Shown here in pieces: positions 18,625 through 28,536 of a stretch of DNA of 64,000 bases. The notes beneath the pieces were generated by a model. It was not told the DNA's origin, ran no database searches, and saw nothing but the letters and a program-made list of their open reading frames with translations. Source of the stretch: Candidatus Marinacidobacterium sp. (GTDB lineage Bacteria > Acidobacteriota > Vicinamibacteria > Marinacidobacterales > Marinacidobacteraceae); NCBI GenBank assembly GCA_965220965.1, contig OZ244852.1, forward strand, positions 1,824,001 to 1,888,000, read 5' to 3'. The position numbers and the translations under genes are program-made. Every line of letters begins with the position of its first letter. Positions within the stretch are counted from its first letter, which is position 1.

Positions 18625-20229
18625 CTATGGGGAAAACCCGGGACGGCGGAGCGGCCTTCCGGCGAGGGCGCCGGTGGCCGCCCCGTCACGCAGCGCGAAC
18701 TCCCCGTTGACCAGCACATGGACCATGCCCTCGGCGAACTGATGCGGTTCGTCGTAGGTCGCCAGATCCCGCACCCGGTCCGGGTCGAAGATCACGAGGT
18801 CGGCGTGATGCCCCTCGCGCACGAGCCCCCGGTCCCCGAGGCCGAGGAATTCGGCGGCCAGCCCGCTGAAGCTGCGGATCGCGAACTCCATGGAGATGCG
18901 CTCCTCGTCGAGGACGTAGTCCCGCATCTTCTTCGCGAACGCCCCGTAGACCCTCGGATGCCCGACCGGCGTCCCGGGGCGGATGTCGCGTCCGTCGGTG
19001 CAGGTCATCATCCAGTCCTGCTCCGCGAGAAAGGCGGTGTTCCACGGGTCGTAGAGCCCGATGTTCATGACCGACGCGTTGCCGTCCCGAAGGATCGAGC
19101 GCACCGCCTCGGGGACGGGCAGCCCCATGGCTTCCGCCGCTTCGGCGAGCGTCCGGCCATTCAGTTCCGGGCGGGGATCGGAGAAGCGGATCCTTTCGGC
19201 CCCTCCCCGGATCGCGAGCATTTCGGCGGTCGCCTCATCGAGGACCCGCGCGGTGTCCGGGTCGTCGAAGCGATCCAGCATCGCCTCCCGGCCGCCGGCC
19301 GAGGCCCAGCGGGGAACGGCGTAGGCGCGCAGGCTGGACTGGGTGGCGGTGTAGACGTGCTGGGCGCCGAACACCGGGACGCCGCGGGCCCTCGCCGCCT
19401 CGATGAGCGCCGCTCCCTCCGGGGCCCGCCCGTAGTTGTGGGCGCCCTGCGCGTTGAAGTGGCTGAAGATCACCTTGACCCCCGACTCCTCGCCGATCCG
19501 GATGGCCTCCTCGATGGAGGCGAGGTACCCCACCCCCTGGTAGGACGCCCCCAGATCCCGGTCGTGGGTGTCGTAGATCCCGGGCTCGTATTCGGCGGCG
19601 ACCCTCGCCAGCTCGATGACCTCTTCGGTCGTGGCGTAGGTCCCCGGGACGTAGAACAGGCCGCTGGAGAGGCCGAAGGCGCCTTCCTCGAGCCCCTGAC
19701 GGACGAGGCCGCGCATCCGCTCGAGTTCCCCGGCGTTCGGCGCCCGGTCTTCCTCCCCGAGAACCAGGCGGCGCACCGCCCCGTGGCCCACCCAGGTGAA
19801 CGCGTTGACGCCCATGCCTCGGGACTCCCAGCCGGCGAGGGTGGCGGCCACCTCGGGCGAGCCGCCCCCATCGGCGCCGAGCGCCACGGTCGTGATCCCC
19901 TGGTGCAGGAACGGGAGCGCCTCCTTGCCCCAGTCGGTCCCCACCTGGGAGTGGGAGTGCATGTCGATGAAACCGGGCGCCGCCAGCAGTCCGGAGACAT
20001 CGAGCGACTCGCTGGCGACGACGCCCTCGGCGGCCGCGTCCCCGAGGAAGACGATCCGGTCGCCGCGCACGCCGATGTCCGCGGTCACCGGCGCCTCACC
20101 CGCTCCTTCGTGGACGGTGGCGCCCAGGAAGAGGAGGTCCACCTCCTCGCCGGAGCAACCGGCGATGACGCCGGTCAGGGCGGCGAATGCGAGATCCCGG
20201 AGGATCCGGGGTGTGTTCCGGAAGACCAT
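18625..20229 (-). CDS. N-acyl-D-amino-acid deacylase family amidohydrolase (lipoprotein)
   Basis: IAGC lipobox; APGFIDMHSH, QGITT, GHPRVYGAF, ADLVIFDP and VLVNG. Confidence 0.88.
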   Translation of the reverse strand: MVFRNTPRILRDLAFAALTGVIAGCSGEEVDLLFLGATVHEGAGEAPVTADIGVRGDRIVFLGDAAAEGVVASESLDVSGLLAAPGFIDMHSHSQVGTDWGKEALPFLHQGITTVALGADGGGSPEVAATLAGWESRGMGVNAFTWVGHGAVRRLVLGEEDRAPNAGELERMRGLVRQGLEEGAFGLSSGLFYVPGTYATTEEVIELARVAAEYEPGIYDTHDRDLGASYQGVGYLASIEEAIRIGEESGVKVIFSHFNAQGAHNYGRAPEGAALIEAARARGVPVFGAQHVYTATQSSLRAYAVPRWASAGGREAMLDRFDDPDTARVLDEATAEMLAIRGGAERIRFSDPRPELNGRTLAEAAEAMGLPVPEAVRSILRDGNASVMNIGLYDPWNTAFLAEQDWMMTCTDGRDIRPGTPVGHPRVYGAFAKKMRDYVLDEERISMEFAIRSFSGLAAEFLGLGDRGLVREGHHADLVIFDPDRVRDLATYDEPHQFAEGMVHVLVNGEFALRDGAATGALAGRPLRRPGFSP

Positions 20230-20295
20230 GGCGCGCCTCGTTCGCTCGTGCGTTGGGGGAGAATCCCCGCCGACAGATAGATGGAGGGGAGACCC

Positions 20296-21531
20296 ATGAG
20301 AGTACGCATCCGGACGCGGCGCCTCGCCTTGGCCGCGAGCCTGCTGGGCGCCGTCGCGCCGCTGGCGGGAGCCCAGGACTGGCCCCAATGGCGCGGACCG
20401 AACCGCGACGGCGCGGCGACCGGTTTCGAGGCGCCCGCCGAGTGGCCCGCCGAACTGCGACTGCAGTGGTCCGTCGTGGTGGGGACCGGCTACGCCACCC
20501 CGCTCGTCGTGGGCGAGACGCTCTTCGTGTTCGCGCGGCAGGGGGAGGAGGAGGTTCTCCTCGCGCTCGACCCGGCCTCCGCCGAGGTCCGGTGGCGCTC
20601 GCCGTATCCCGCCCCCTTCGACATGAGTCCGGCGACCGCCCGGCACGGGCCGGGCCCCAAGTCCACGCCGGCGTTCGCTGACGGCCGCATCTTCGTCCAT
20701 GGGATGACGGGCTCGGTGAGCGCCTTCGACGCGGCCTCCGGGGAGCGGCTGTGGCATGTCCCGGGAACGACGCCGATCCCGCTTTACCACACCGCGATGT
20801 CACCGCTCGTGGTCGACGGGATCGTGGTGGTCCATGTCGGCGGCCACGACCAGGGGGCGCTCACCGCGTTCGATGTCCGATCCGGCGAGGTCGTGTGGCG
20901 CTGGGACGGCGACGGGCCCGCCTACGGCTCCCCGATGGGCTTCCGCCTCGATGGCGCCGACCAGATCCTGACCTTCACCCAGGAGCGCTTCGTCGGGGTG
21001 TCGCCCGACAGCGGGACCCTGCTGTGGAGCCGACCGTTCACGACCCCGTCTGACACGACCTCACAGACGCCGCTTCTTCATGGAGACCTCGTCATCCAGG
21101 CGGGCCGGGAGAACGGCGTGACCGCGTTCCGCGCCGCGCGCCAGGGAAGCGACTGGGTGACCGAGGAGGTCTGGAGCACCGACGAGGCCTCGTTCCACAT
21201 GGCGAACCCGGTCATCTGGAACGGGGTGCTCTTCGGGCTCTCCCACCTGAGGCGGGGTCAGTACGTCGGCGTCGGGCTGGACACCGGAGAGGTCGTGTGG
21301 CGGAGCGACCCCCGCCAGGCGAACAACGCCGCCATGGCGGTCGCCGGCGACTTCGTGCTGTCGCTCGAGGAGGACGCCGAGCTCGTCGTCTTCGAGGCGG
21401 CCCCGGACGGGCTCACCGAGCGCCGGCGCTACGAAGTCGCGGAGAGCGCCACCTGGGCCCAGCCGGCGTGGTCGGGAGAACGCATCTTCATCAAGGATGT
21501 CGACCGCGTGTCGCTGTGGACGCTCCGCTGA
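20296..21531 (+). CDS. PQQ-binding-like beta-propeller protein (BamB-like)
   Basis: Signal peptide; DWPQWRGPNRDG; repeated ALD..SGE..W blades. Confidence 0.85.
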   Translation: MRVRIRTRRLALAASLLGAVAPLAGAQDWPQWRGPNRDGAATGFEAPAEWPAELRLQWSVVVGTGYATPLVVGETLFVFARQGEEEVLLALDPASAEVRWRSPYPAPFDMSPATARHGPGPKSTPAFADGRIFVHGMTGSVSAFDAASGERLWHVPGTTPIPLYHTAMSPLVVDGIVVVHVGGHDQGALTAFDVRSGEVVWRWDGDGPAYGSPMGFRLDGADQILTFTQERFVGVSPDSGTLLWSRPFTTPSDTTSQTPLLHGDLVIQAGRENGVTAFRAARQGSDWVTEEVWSTDEASFHMANPVIWNGVLFGLSHLRRGQYVGVGLDTGEVVWRSDPRQANNAAMAVAGDFVLSLEEDAELVVFEAAPDGLTERRRYEVAESATWAQPAWSGERIFIKDVDRVSLWTLR

Positions 21532-21547
21532 GGGACCGCGCGGACGA

Positions 21548-22918
21548 TCAGCGGCCGCCGCGCCGGGCGGCGAGCTCCTTCTCCCGGCGGCGGGGGACGC
21601 CGCCGAGGGCGGCGCGGGCGCGGCGAAGGCGCATGCGCGTCATCGCGCCCCCCAGCAGGACCATCGAGCCGAACAGCGGCGTGGAGGCGGCCGAGCCGGA
21701 GAGCGCCAGGTAGAGCGGCCGGGTCAGCGCGCGGAGCTTGACGTCGAGGGCGTCGGCCAGCGCGGCGAGCGCGGCATGGACGGCCTCTTCGGTGAACTCG
21801 TCGAGATCCTCGAGGGCCCATTCGGCGAGCAGAAGCCATTCCGCGATCCTCGGGCGGTCCTCTTCCGCGCCGAACGCCTCCGCCCCGGGAGCGACGTCGT
21901 CAACGAAGAAGTGGCCCGCGAGGCGCCCGAAGTCGGCGAGCGTGCGCATCCGCGGCTGCGCCATCGCCGCGGCCGCCTCCAGCGTCCGGTCCGCGTAGCG
22001 CCAGTCGCGGAGCCGCGCCGCAACGCCGGCCGGGTCGTGGTCCTCGCGCAGGTACCGGCCGTTCAGCCAGGCGAGCTTGTCGGTGTCGAAGACGGCGCCG
22101 GCGAGCGAGATCGCTTCGAGGTCGAAGCGCGCCACGAACTCGTCGAGCGGGAACTTCTCCTCGCCCTCGGCGCGGGTCCAGACCAGGATGCCGAGGAAGT
22201 TCAGCAGCGCCTCCGGCAGGAAGCCGGCGTCCCGGTAGAAGTCGATCGAGACGGGGTTCTTGCGCTTGCTCAGTTTCGAGCGGTTCCGGTCGTTGTTCCG
22301 CAGGAGCGGAACGTGCCAGAAGGCCGGAGGCTCCCAGCCGAGCGCCTCGTAAAGAAGGAGGTGCTTCGGGAGCGACGCGATCCATTCCTCCCCCCGGATC
22401 ACGTCGGAGATCTCCATGTGGTGGTCGTCCACCACGTTCGCCAGGTGGTAGGTGGGGAACCCGTCCGACTTGAGCAGGACCGGGTCGTCCACCGACTCCC
22501 AGTCCTTCGAGAGCCCGGGATGCAGCCGGTCGGGGAGCTCGACCCGTCCGGAATCGGGCGTCTTCAGCCGGATCGCGAACGCTCCGCCGGGCGCCCCGGC
22601 GTCGTCGCGGTAGGCATGCCCTTCCCGAAGCAGCCGTTCCGCCACCTCGCGGTAGAGGTCGAGGCGCTCGCTCTGCCGGTAGGGGGCGAAGCGGCCGCCC
22701 ACGTCGGGGCCCTCGTCCCAGGCGAGGCCCAGCCAGCGGAGCGCGCGGAGGATCGCCGCCTCGGAGTCGCGCCGGGAGCGGGCCTGGTCGGTGTCCTCGA
22801 TGCGGAGCGCGAAGGCGCCCCCGCGCTGACGCGCGAAGGCGTAGTTGAGCAGCGCCTGGTAGGCCGTCCCCACGTGGGGATCCCCCGTCGGGGAGGGCGC
22901 GATCCGGGTGCGGGTCAC
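21548..22918 (-). CDS. gltX: Glutamate--tRNA ligase
   Basis: RIAPSPTGDPHVGT, RIEDTD, PTYHLANVVDD, IRGEEW and KLSKR; C-terminal anticodon-binding domain present. Confidence 0.93.
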   Translation of the reverse strand: MTRTRIAPSPTGDPHVGTAYQALLNYAFARQRGGAFALRIEDTDQARSRRDSEAAILRALRWLGLAWDEGPDVGGRFAPYRQSERLDLYREVAERLLREGHAYRDDAGAPGGAFAIRLKTPDSGRVELPDRLHPGLSKDWESVDDPVLLKSDGFPTYHLANVVDDHHMEISDVIRGEEWIASLPKHLLLYEALGWEPPAFWHVPLLRNNDRNRSKLSKRKNPVSIDFYRDAGFLPEALLNFLGILVWTRAEGEEKFPLDEFVARFDLEAISLAGAVFDTDKLAWLNGRYLREDHDPAGVAARLRDWRYADRTLEAAAAMAQPRMRTLADFGRLAGHFFVDDVAPGAEAFGAEEDRPRIAEWLLLAEWALEDLDEFTEEAVHAALAALADALDVKLRALTRPLYLALSGSAASTPLFGSMVLLGGAMTRMRLRRARAALGGVPRRREKELAARRGGR

Positions 22919-23005
22919 GCGGCGTTCCCGGGGGGCCGACCGGAAGTCCGGAGCGGATTCACCGGCCGCGCCGGCGGGGCCCCCGGCGTGCGGAGACTCC
23001 GCCCC

Positions 23006-24829
23006 CTACACGGTGGCGTGGCGATGGAAGGCGACCCACTCGACGACCAGCAGCAGGAGGGCGAAGAGCGCCAGCAGCGGCCAGAGGGCGGAAACCGGGG
23101 CGGACGCCGGCGGCAGCGGAGCGGGAGCTTCCCCCGCCCAGGCCGAGCGGTTCAGGTCGGAGGCCTGGCGGTCCAGGAGACTGGCCGCCACCACGACTTC
23201 GCGCCCGCCGCCGGCGACGTAGTAGAGCGAGGGCTCGGCCGCCTGGAACGAGAGCTCGCGGCCGAGCCGCCGGAACGGCACGTCCCGGCCCTCCCCGTCG
23301 AAGACCACCCCCTCTCCGAGGGCCACCCGGACGGGCCCCAGTCCGACGCGCCGCACCTCCACGTCGGTGAGCCAGCTCAGGGCGCGGGACAGGAACACCG
23401 GAAAGTCCGGCTGGAGCGCCAGATTCGAGCGCCCCAGCGGGAACGCGAAGGCGGCGGCGCGGGCGGGGTCGTCGCGCACCGCGAACAGCCCCAGGCGGGA
23501 GTCGCCGAGCAGCACATCCCACCCCGGACCCGAGGGATCGAAGGCCTCGACGTCGCGCGCCAGCGCATCCTCGAAGTTGATCCCGGCGAGAAGCGGGTGA
23601 TCCTCGCGCCCGCTACGCACCGGAAGGGTGACCGCCGCCTCCATCTCGCCGGCCACTCGCGCCGGCAGCCAGTCCGCGGCTCCGGGGCCGGCGAACAGGA
23701 TCGGGCGGTCCGGGGCGACTTCCGGCGGGGCGCCTTCCATCACGACCAGGTCGAACGCGCCGGGGTCGAAATCGGCGAACGGATCCGATCCGGGCGGGCT
23801 CCGGGTCAGGCTGACCCGGGGATCCAGCCGGAGCGCGGCCTCCCAGTAGGGACTCTCGTCGCCGGCCAGCAGGATCCGGAGCCGGTTCCGGGAGGGCACG
23901 TAGGCGTGGGCCACATCGTCGGCGGCGAGGCCGTCGGCCCCGGACGCCGCGATCACCGCCCGCACCGGACCGGCGACGAACCCGGTGAGCGGGACGGTCT
24001 CGCCGTGCGGTTCGCCCGGCGCCACGCGGAAACTGCGGCGGACCGACGCTTCACCGGCGCCGTCGATCTGGAGCGCCACGGCCGCGCTCTCGTCCGAACC
24101 CACCGGATGGAACACAACCTCGATGAAGGCCTCGAAGCGGCCCGGGTCGGTCGGCAGCGGGCGAACGTCGAACGCGGTGATGCCGACGTTCTCGACCGGC
24201 TCGAAGACCGAGATCCGCCGCGCCCCGGCGGGGACTTCGGACACCCGGACGCCGTCTCCGATCACGATCACCTCCGCCTGCCCCGCCTCGCCCGGCTGCT
24301 CTCCGACCAGGTCCGAGAGGTCGGGCAGCGCGTGGGTCGGCCCGAAGTCGGGAGCGAGGTCGTTCACCGCCTCGTGAGCCGCGCGCCGGTCGGTGAAGGA
24401 CCGGCCGCCGCGCCGCCCGGCGGTGTCCAGGACGAGAAAGCGGGTCGCCGGGGCGGCGGCGTCGATGATCCGGTGCGCGTGGTCGGCCACCCGGTCCCAG
24501 CGCGCGCCGCCGTCCGCGACCTCCGCGGCCAGGCTGGGCGAGGTGTCGAGCACGAGCACGACCCGCCCTCCGGTTCCGGCGTCGCCGCGGACCGGCTCGA
24601 GGAGCGCCAGCGCGACCGCGAGCGAGGCGCACAGCGCGATGAGCAGCGAAATGAGCCAGCGCCAGAAGTCCTCCCGGCGCCGCCGCTCATCGAGGACCTT
24701 CCGCCAGATCAGGTTCGAGGGCACGCGCACCGGCTGCGGCTCGGGCCGGACCCAGTAGAGGATGAAGACGACCGCGGCGGTGACCGCCAGTCCTATCAGG
24801 ACGGTCAGCGGCGTGGCGGCGAAACCCAA
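23006..24829 (-). CDS. BatA + von Willebrand A domain membrane protein
   Basis: N-terminal BatA-like TM with VPSNLIW; LDTSPS MIDAS motif; C-terminal TM LLLLVVEW. Confidence 0.8.
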   Translation of the reverse strand: MGFAATPLTVLIGLAVTAAVVFILYWVRPEPQPVRVPSNLIWRKVLDERRRREDFWRWLISLLIALCASLAVALALLEPVRGDAGTGGRVVLVLDTSPSLAAEVADGGARWDRVADHAHRIIDAAAPATRFLVLDTAGRRGGRSFTDRRAAHEAVNDLAPDFGPTHALPDLSDLVGEQPGEAGQAEVIVIGDGVRVSEVPAGARRISVFEPVENVGITAFDVRPLPTDPGRFEAFIEVVFHPVGSDESAAVALQIDGAGEASVRRSFRVAPGEPHGETVPLTGFVAGPVRAVIAASGADGLAADDVAHAYVPSRNRLRILLAGDESPYWEAALRLDPRVSLTRSPPGSDPFADFDPGAFDLVVMEGAPPEVAPDRPILFAGPGAADWLPARVAGEMEAAVTLPVRSGREDHPLLAGINFEDALARDVEAFDPSGPGWDVLLGDSRLGLFAVRDDPARAAAFAFPLGRSNLALQPDFPVFLSRALSWLTDVEVRRVGLGPVRVALGEGVVFDGEGRDVPFRRLGRELSFQAAEPSLYYVAGGGREVVVAASLLDRQASDLNRSAWAGEAPAPLPPASAPVSALWPLLALFALLLLVVEWVAFHRHATV

Positions 24830-24844
24830 GGGAACCTCCGACTG

Positions 24845-25732
24845 CTAGCGGATGAAGCGATCCTGCTTGAAGATGTCGAGGATCGCCTGCTCGAACGGGA
24901 CGCCGGTGTTCGTCCGGGCGAACCCGAACCCGTAGCGGGAGCAGTAGTCCATGACTTCCTGACGATGGGAGTCGAGCGCCTCGCGGTAGCGGACGAGGAG
25001 CCGGGGGGTCACCCGCACCCGGCGCTCGGAGCCGTCCTCCGCGTCGGTCAGCAGCGCCTCGTCCGGGAGCTGGGGGTCCTCCTCCTGCGGCGTGAGGATC
25101 TGGACGATGACCATGTCGTGCTTCTGGTAACGGCACGCGTCGAAGGCGCCGAGCAGGTCCTCGGAGTCCATGAGGTCGGAGAGAACCACCGCCAGCCCGC
25201 GCTTGCGGCGGGAACCGAAGAAGGCGCGGAAGCTCTGGGCGAGCGATGTGCCGCCGCCGATCTCCCCGGCGTCGAGGAAGCGAAACGCCCGGTAGATCTG
25301 GTTCCGGCCCCGCTTGGGGGGCATCCAGCCGCCGATCCGCGAGGCGTACCAGGCGATGGAGATCAGGTCGTGGTTCATGAGCCCGATGTAGGACAGCGCT
25401 CCCGCCATCTTGCGGGCGTAGTCGAACTTGGGCGGCGCCCCGAAGGCCATCGAATCGCTCTGGTCCACGAACAGGTAGACCGGCAGGTCGGCTTCCTCGT
25501 CGAAGATCCGCAGCACGAGGCGGTCGAGCCGTAGGAACGCCTTCCAGTCCACATCCCGCGTGTCGTCGCCGTCCACGTAGGGGCGGTAGTCGGCGAGCTC
25601 GATGCCGGTCCCGCGCTTCCGGGCGCGGTGCTCGCCGCGATGCCGGCTGGGCAGCATCCGGGTCGCCATGAGCTTGAGGTACTCGAGACGCTCCATGAAC
25701 TCGGCGTCGAAGAGAGTCTTCGCTTCGCTCAT
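24845..25732 (-). CDS. DUF58 domain protein (MoxR partner)
   Basis: GIELADYRPYVDGDD..VDWK, DQSDSM and VLSD. Confidence 0.9.
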   Translation of the reverse strand: MSEAKTLFDAEFMERLEYLKLMATRMLPSRHRGEHRARKRGTGIELADYRPYVDGDDTRDVDWKAFLRLDRLVLRIFDEEADLPVYLFVDQSDSMAFGAPPKFDYARKMAGALSYIGLMNHDLISIAWYASRIGGWMPPKRGRNQIYRAFRFLDAGEIGGGTSLAQSFRAFFGSRRKRGLAVVLSDLMDSEDLLGAFDACRYQKHDMVIVQILTPQEEDPQLPDEALLTDAEDGSERRVRVTPRLLVRYREALDSHRQEVMDYCSRYGFGFARTNTGVPFEQAILDIFKQDRFIR

Positions 25733-25802
25733 CGTGCTGGCGGGATCAGGTCAGCGGCGCGCGCTGGCGGTGCGCCGGTCCGTGCGGCGACCACCAGTTC
25801 CG

Positions 25803-26825
25803 TCAGTCGCCGGGGGTCGGGACCGAGGCCACGATTTCCCGGAGGATGTCGTCGGTGTCCACCCGGTCCGCCTCTCCCTCGAAGTTCAGCAGGAGGCGGT
25901 GCCGCAGCGTGGGCATCACGCTGTCGCGGATGTCCTGGGCGGCGACGTGGAGCCGTCCGGCGAGCAGCGCCTTGACCTTTCCGGAGAGCACGAGCGCCTG
26001 CGTTCCTCGGGGGCTGGCGCCGAACTTGACGTAGCGGTTGGTGAGCGCGTGGGCGTAGCCGGAGCCGGGGTGCGTCCCCATCGTGAGCCGGATCGCGTAG
26101 TCCTGGATGGGCCGCGCGACCGGGACCGAGAGGACGGTCTCGCGCATCTCGAGGACCTCGTCGCGGGTCACCATCGCCTCCGCCTTGGGCTCCTCCACGG
26201 CGGTCGTCCGCTCCACGATCTCGCGGAGTTCGTCCTCGCCGGGATAGCCGATGCGGAGCTTCATCAGGAACCGGTCCATCTGGGCTTCGGGAAGCGGGTA
26301 GGTGCCTTCGAGCTCGATCGGGTTCTGGGTGGCCATCACGAAGAACGGCTCCTCGAGACGGTAGGTGGTGTTTCCGACGGAGACGCTCTTCTCCTGCATC
26401 GCCTCGAGCAGGGCGGACTGCGACTTGGGCGTTGCCCGGTTGACCTCGTCCGCCAGCATCAGGTTGCAGAAGATCGGCCCGGGCTGGAAGTCCAGGATCT
26501 TGGCGCCGGTCTCGGTCTCGCGGACCACGTTCGTGCCGACGATGTCCCCCGGCATCAGGTCGGGAGTGAACTGAACCCGGTTGAAGCGGAGGTGCATGGC
26601 CTCGGACAGGGTCTGGACGATCTTCGTCTTCCCGAGTCCGGGAATCCCTTCGAGGAGCACATGGCCCCGGGTGAGAAGGCAGATGAGGATGTTGCTGACA
26701 ACTTCCTCGTTGCCCACGATCACGCGTCCGACTTCGGCGAGGATCCGGTCGTGGCGCTCCCGGAAGGTGGCCACGCGGCCTTCGATCTCCGCGGCCGCGT
26801 CGGGCGCGAGTGTCTGGGGAGTCAC
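25803..26825 (-). CDS. moxR: MoxR family AAA+ ATPase
   Basis: GHVLLEGIPGLGKT, QFTPDLMPGD, ADEVNRA and ATQNPIE.EGTYPLPEAQMDRF. Confidence 0.95.
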   Translation of the reverse strand: MTPQTLAPDAAAEIEGRVATFRERHDRILAEVGRVIVGNEEVVSNILICLLTRGHVLLEGIPGLGKTKIVQTLSEAMHLRFNRVQFTPDLMPGDIVGTNVVRETETGAKILDFQPGPIFCNLMLADEVNRATPKSQSALLEAMQEKSVSVGNTTYRLEEPFFVMATQNPIELEGTYPLPEAQMDRFLMKLRIGYPGEDELREIVERTTAVEEPKAEAMVTRDEVLEMRETVLSVPVARPIQDYAIRLTMGTHPGSGYAHALTNRYVKFGASPRGTQALVLSGKVKALLAGRLHVAAQDIRDSVMPTLRHRLLLNFEGEADRVDTDDILREIVASVPTPGD

Positions 26826-28366
26826 GGGTTTTCTGCTCCTTCGGCGTCTTCCGCGGAGACGGCCGTCTCGCGGATGAGGAGGAAATAGGCGCGGACGAGC
26901 GAGCGGAGGCCGGCGGGAACGCGCGTCCGGGTGGAGACCGCCTCTTCGGCGTATTCCGAGAGCGAGGTCACCGAGTCGTACGCCACGGTGGCGTCTTCCC
27001 GGCGGCTCTGCCGCTCGATCATCTGTTCGGGCGTCGGCTCCTCTTCGAGGGGAGGGGGAATCGCCTCGAGCTCGAGCTGGACTTCGAGGCTGGTGGACGC
27101 GCCGAAGACATCCGACTCGCCACCGCCCCCGGGGCCGGTCATGTTCCCGGCGGGGCCCGCCTCCATGGGGATCGGGGCGCCCATCTCCCCTTCGGCGGCG
27201 ACCATCTGCACCTGCCCGGACATCCCCGCCGCGCCTTGCGGCATCCCGCCGGCGGGCTCGCCGCCCTCGCCGGCCTGGGGCTGTCCGCCGCCCTCGCCGT
27301 CGCCGGGGAAGGGCATCTGCTGGGCGCCCGCCTCCGCGGAGGCGCTCATCCCCTCGCCCTCCATCCCCTGGAAGTTCTCGGCGAGCTGCTGGAACGCCTC
27401 CTCGGCGCTCATGCCCGACTCCATGAGCTCCATCATCTCGGTCGCGGCGGCCGATGCGGCGTCCCCATCCGCCCCCGCTTCGAGAGCCTCGAGAAGGGCC
27501 GCAAGCTCTTCCGGGCTGTTCGCGGCGCGCATCGCCTCGGAGAGGCCCTCCAGCCATTCGGAGGCGGTCACCGCATCGGCGGAGTCGAGCGCCTCGGCCA
27601 GACCGGCGAGCGCGGCCGCGACCTCTTCGGAGGACTCCTGGAACCCCCGCTCCTCCATCGCCGCGGCGAGCGCGGCGTCGGCGCCCTCTCCCTCGGCGCC
27701 GGGCGCGTCGGGAAGGCGAAGCTCTCCGGCGCGGAGCTCGGCGAGGATCTCCTCCGGCGAACGGGCCTCGGCCCGGGCCTCCGCGGCGTCTTCGCCGGTC
27801 TCCTCCCGCTGGGGATCGGGATCGGGATCCATGGCGAATCCGGAGAGGCCCTCGGCGAGGCGCGCCCGGAAGTCCTCGGGGATCAGGGCGCCGTCCGCCA
27901 GGGGCAGCAGGAGGGCGGCCAGACCCAGCGCCGCAAACGAGGCCGCGGTCTTGCGGCCGACCCGGAAGGCGAGAAGCCGCCCGGCTTCGAGGTCATCGGC
28001 GCGAGCCCGCGCCCGCTCCATCTGGAGTTCCTCCCACGGCCCATCGGGCGTCTGGTCGTGGAACCACTGCGCCGAAACCAGCTCGTCGTCGAGCTCGCCG
28101 GCGCGATCTCCGGCGGCGGCCGCCCGGATCGGATCGGAGCCGCGCGCGAAACGGACGACCACGATGGCGACGCCGAGACCGGCGACCAGCGGAGTCAGCC
28201 AGACAACGCCCTCTCCGAACAGCCTCGGGACGAACAGCGCCGCCGCCGACGCGGCGGCGACCAGGCCCAGCTCGCGCACCGCAGCCGTAGTCCGCAGCCG
28301 GAGATCCAGCCGACGGATGAGATCGTGGAAGGGGCCGCGGGACGGGGAGGTCCGGCGGGAAGTCAC
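26822..28366 (-). CDS. Membrane-anchored acidic helical/coiled-coil protein of the MoxR operon
   Basis: Three N-terminal hydrophobic segments; Glu/Ala/Met-rich helical region; C-terminal VP..LRSLVRAYF; GTGA-coupled to moxR. Confidence 0.7.
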   Translation of the reverse strand: MTSRRTSPSRGPFHDLIRRLDLRLRTTAAVRELGLVAAASAAALFVPRLFGEGVVWLTPLVAGLGVAIVVVRFARGSDPIRAAAAGDRAGELDDELVSAQWFHDQTPDGPWEELQMERARARADDLEAGRLLAFRVGRKTAASFAALGLAALLLPLADGALIPEDFRARLAEGLSGFAMDPDPDPQREETGEDAAEARAEARSPEEILAELRAGELRLPDAPGAEGEGADAALAAAMEERGFQESSEEVAAALAGLAEALDSADAVTASEWLEGLSEAMRAANSPEELAALLEALEAGADGDAASAAATEMMELMESGMSAEEAFQQLAENFQGMEGEGMSASAEAGAQQMPFPGDGEGGGQPQAGEGGEPAGGMPQGAAGMSGQVQMVAAEGEMGAPIPMEAGPAGNMTGPGGGGESDVFGASTSLEVQLELEAIPPPLEEEPTPEQMIERQSRREDATVAYDSVTSLSEYAEEAVSTRTRVPAGLRSLVRAYFLLIRETAVSAEDAEGAENP

Positions 28367-28536
28367 GAAATCAGCTCAGGCCGCCCGACGGCAGGCGCAA
28401 TTCGGCGGATTCTACCAGCCAGATCGTGGCGTCACGCGGCCGGGTTTCCCGCGTCCGCCTCAAGCGCCGCGAGGGTCATGCGCCCCGCAGCGCGACCCTG
28501 GCGGCGGCGTGGCGAGGCGACCCTCCGGCGCCCCCG

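Noticed and set aside
21497-25534. 1345-aa plus-strand ORF, and similar long ORFs at 106-1518, 4027-6057, 43474-46881, 47434-49872 and 51945-55097
   Set aside because: Antisense shadows of well-supported genes. Stop codons are scarce at this GC content, and these ORFs carry no recognisable motifs.
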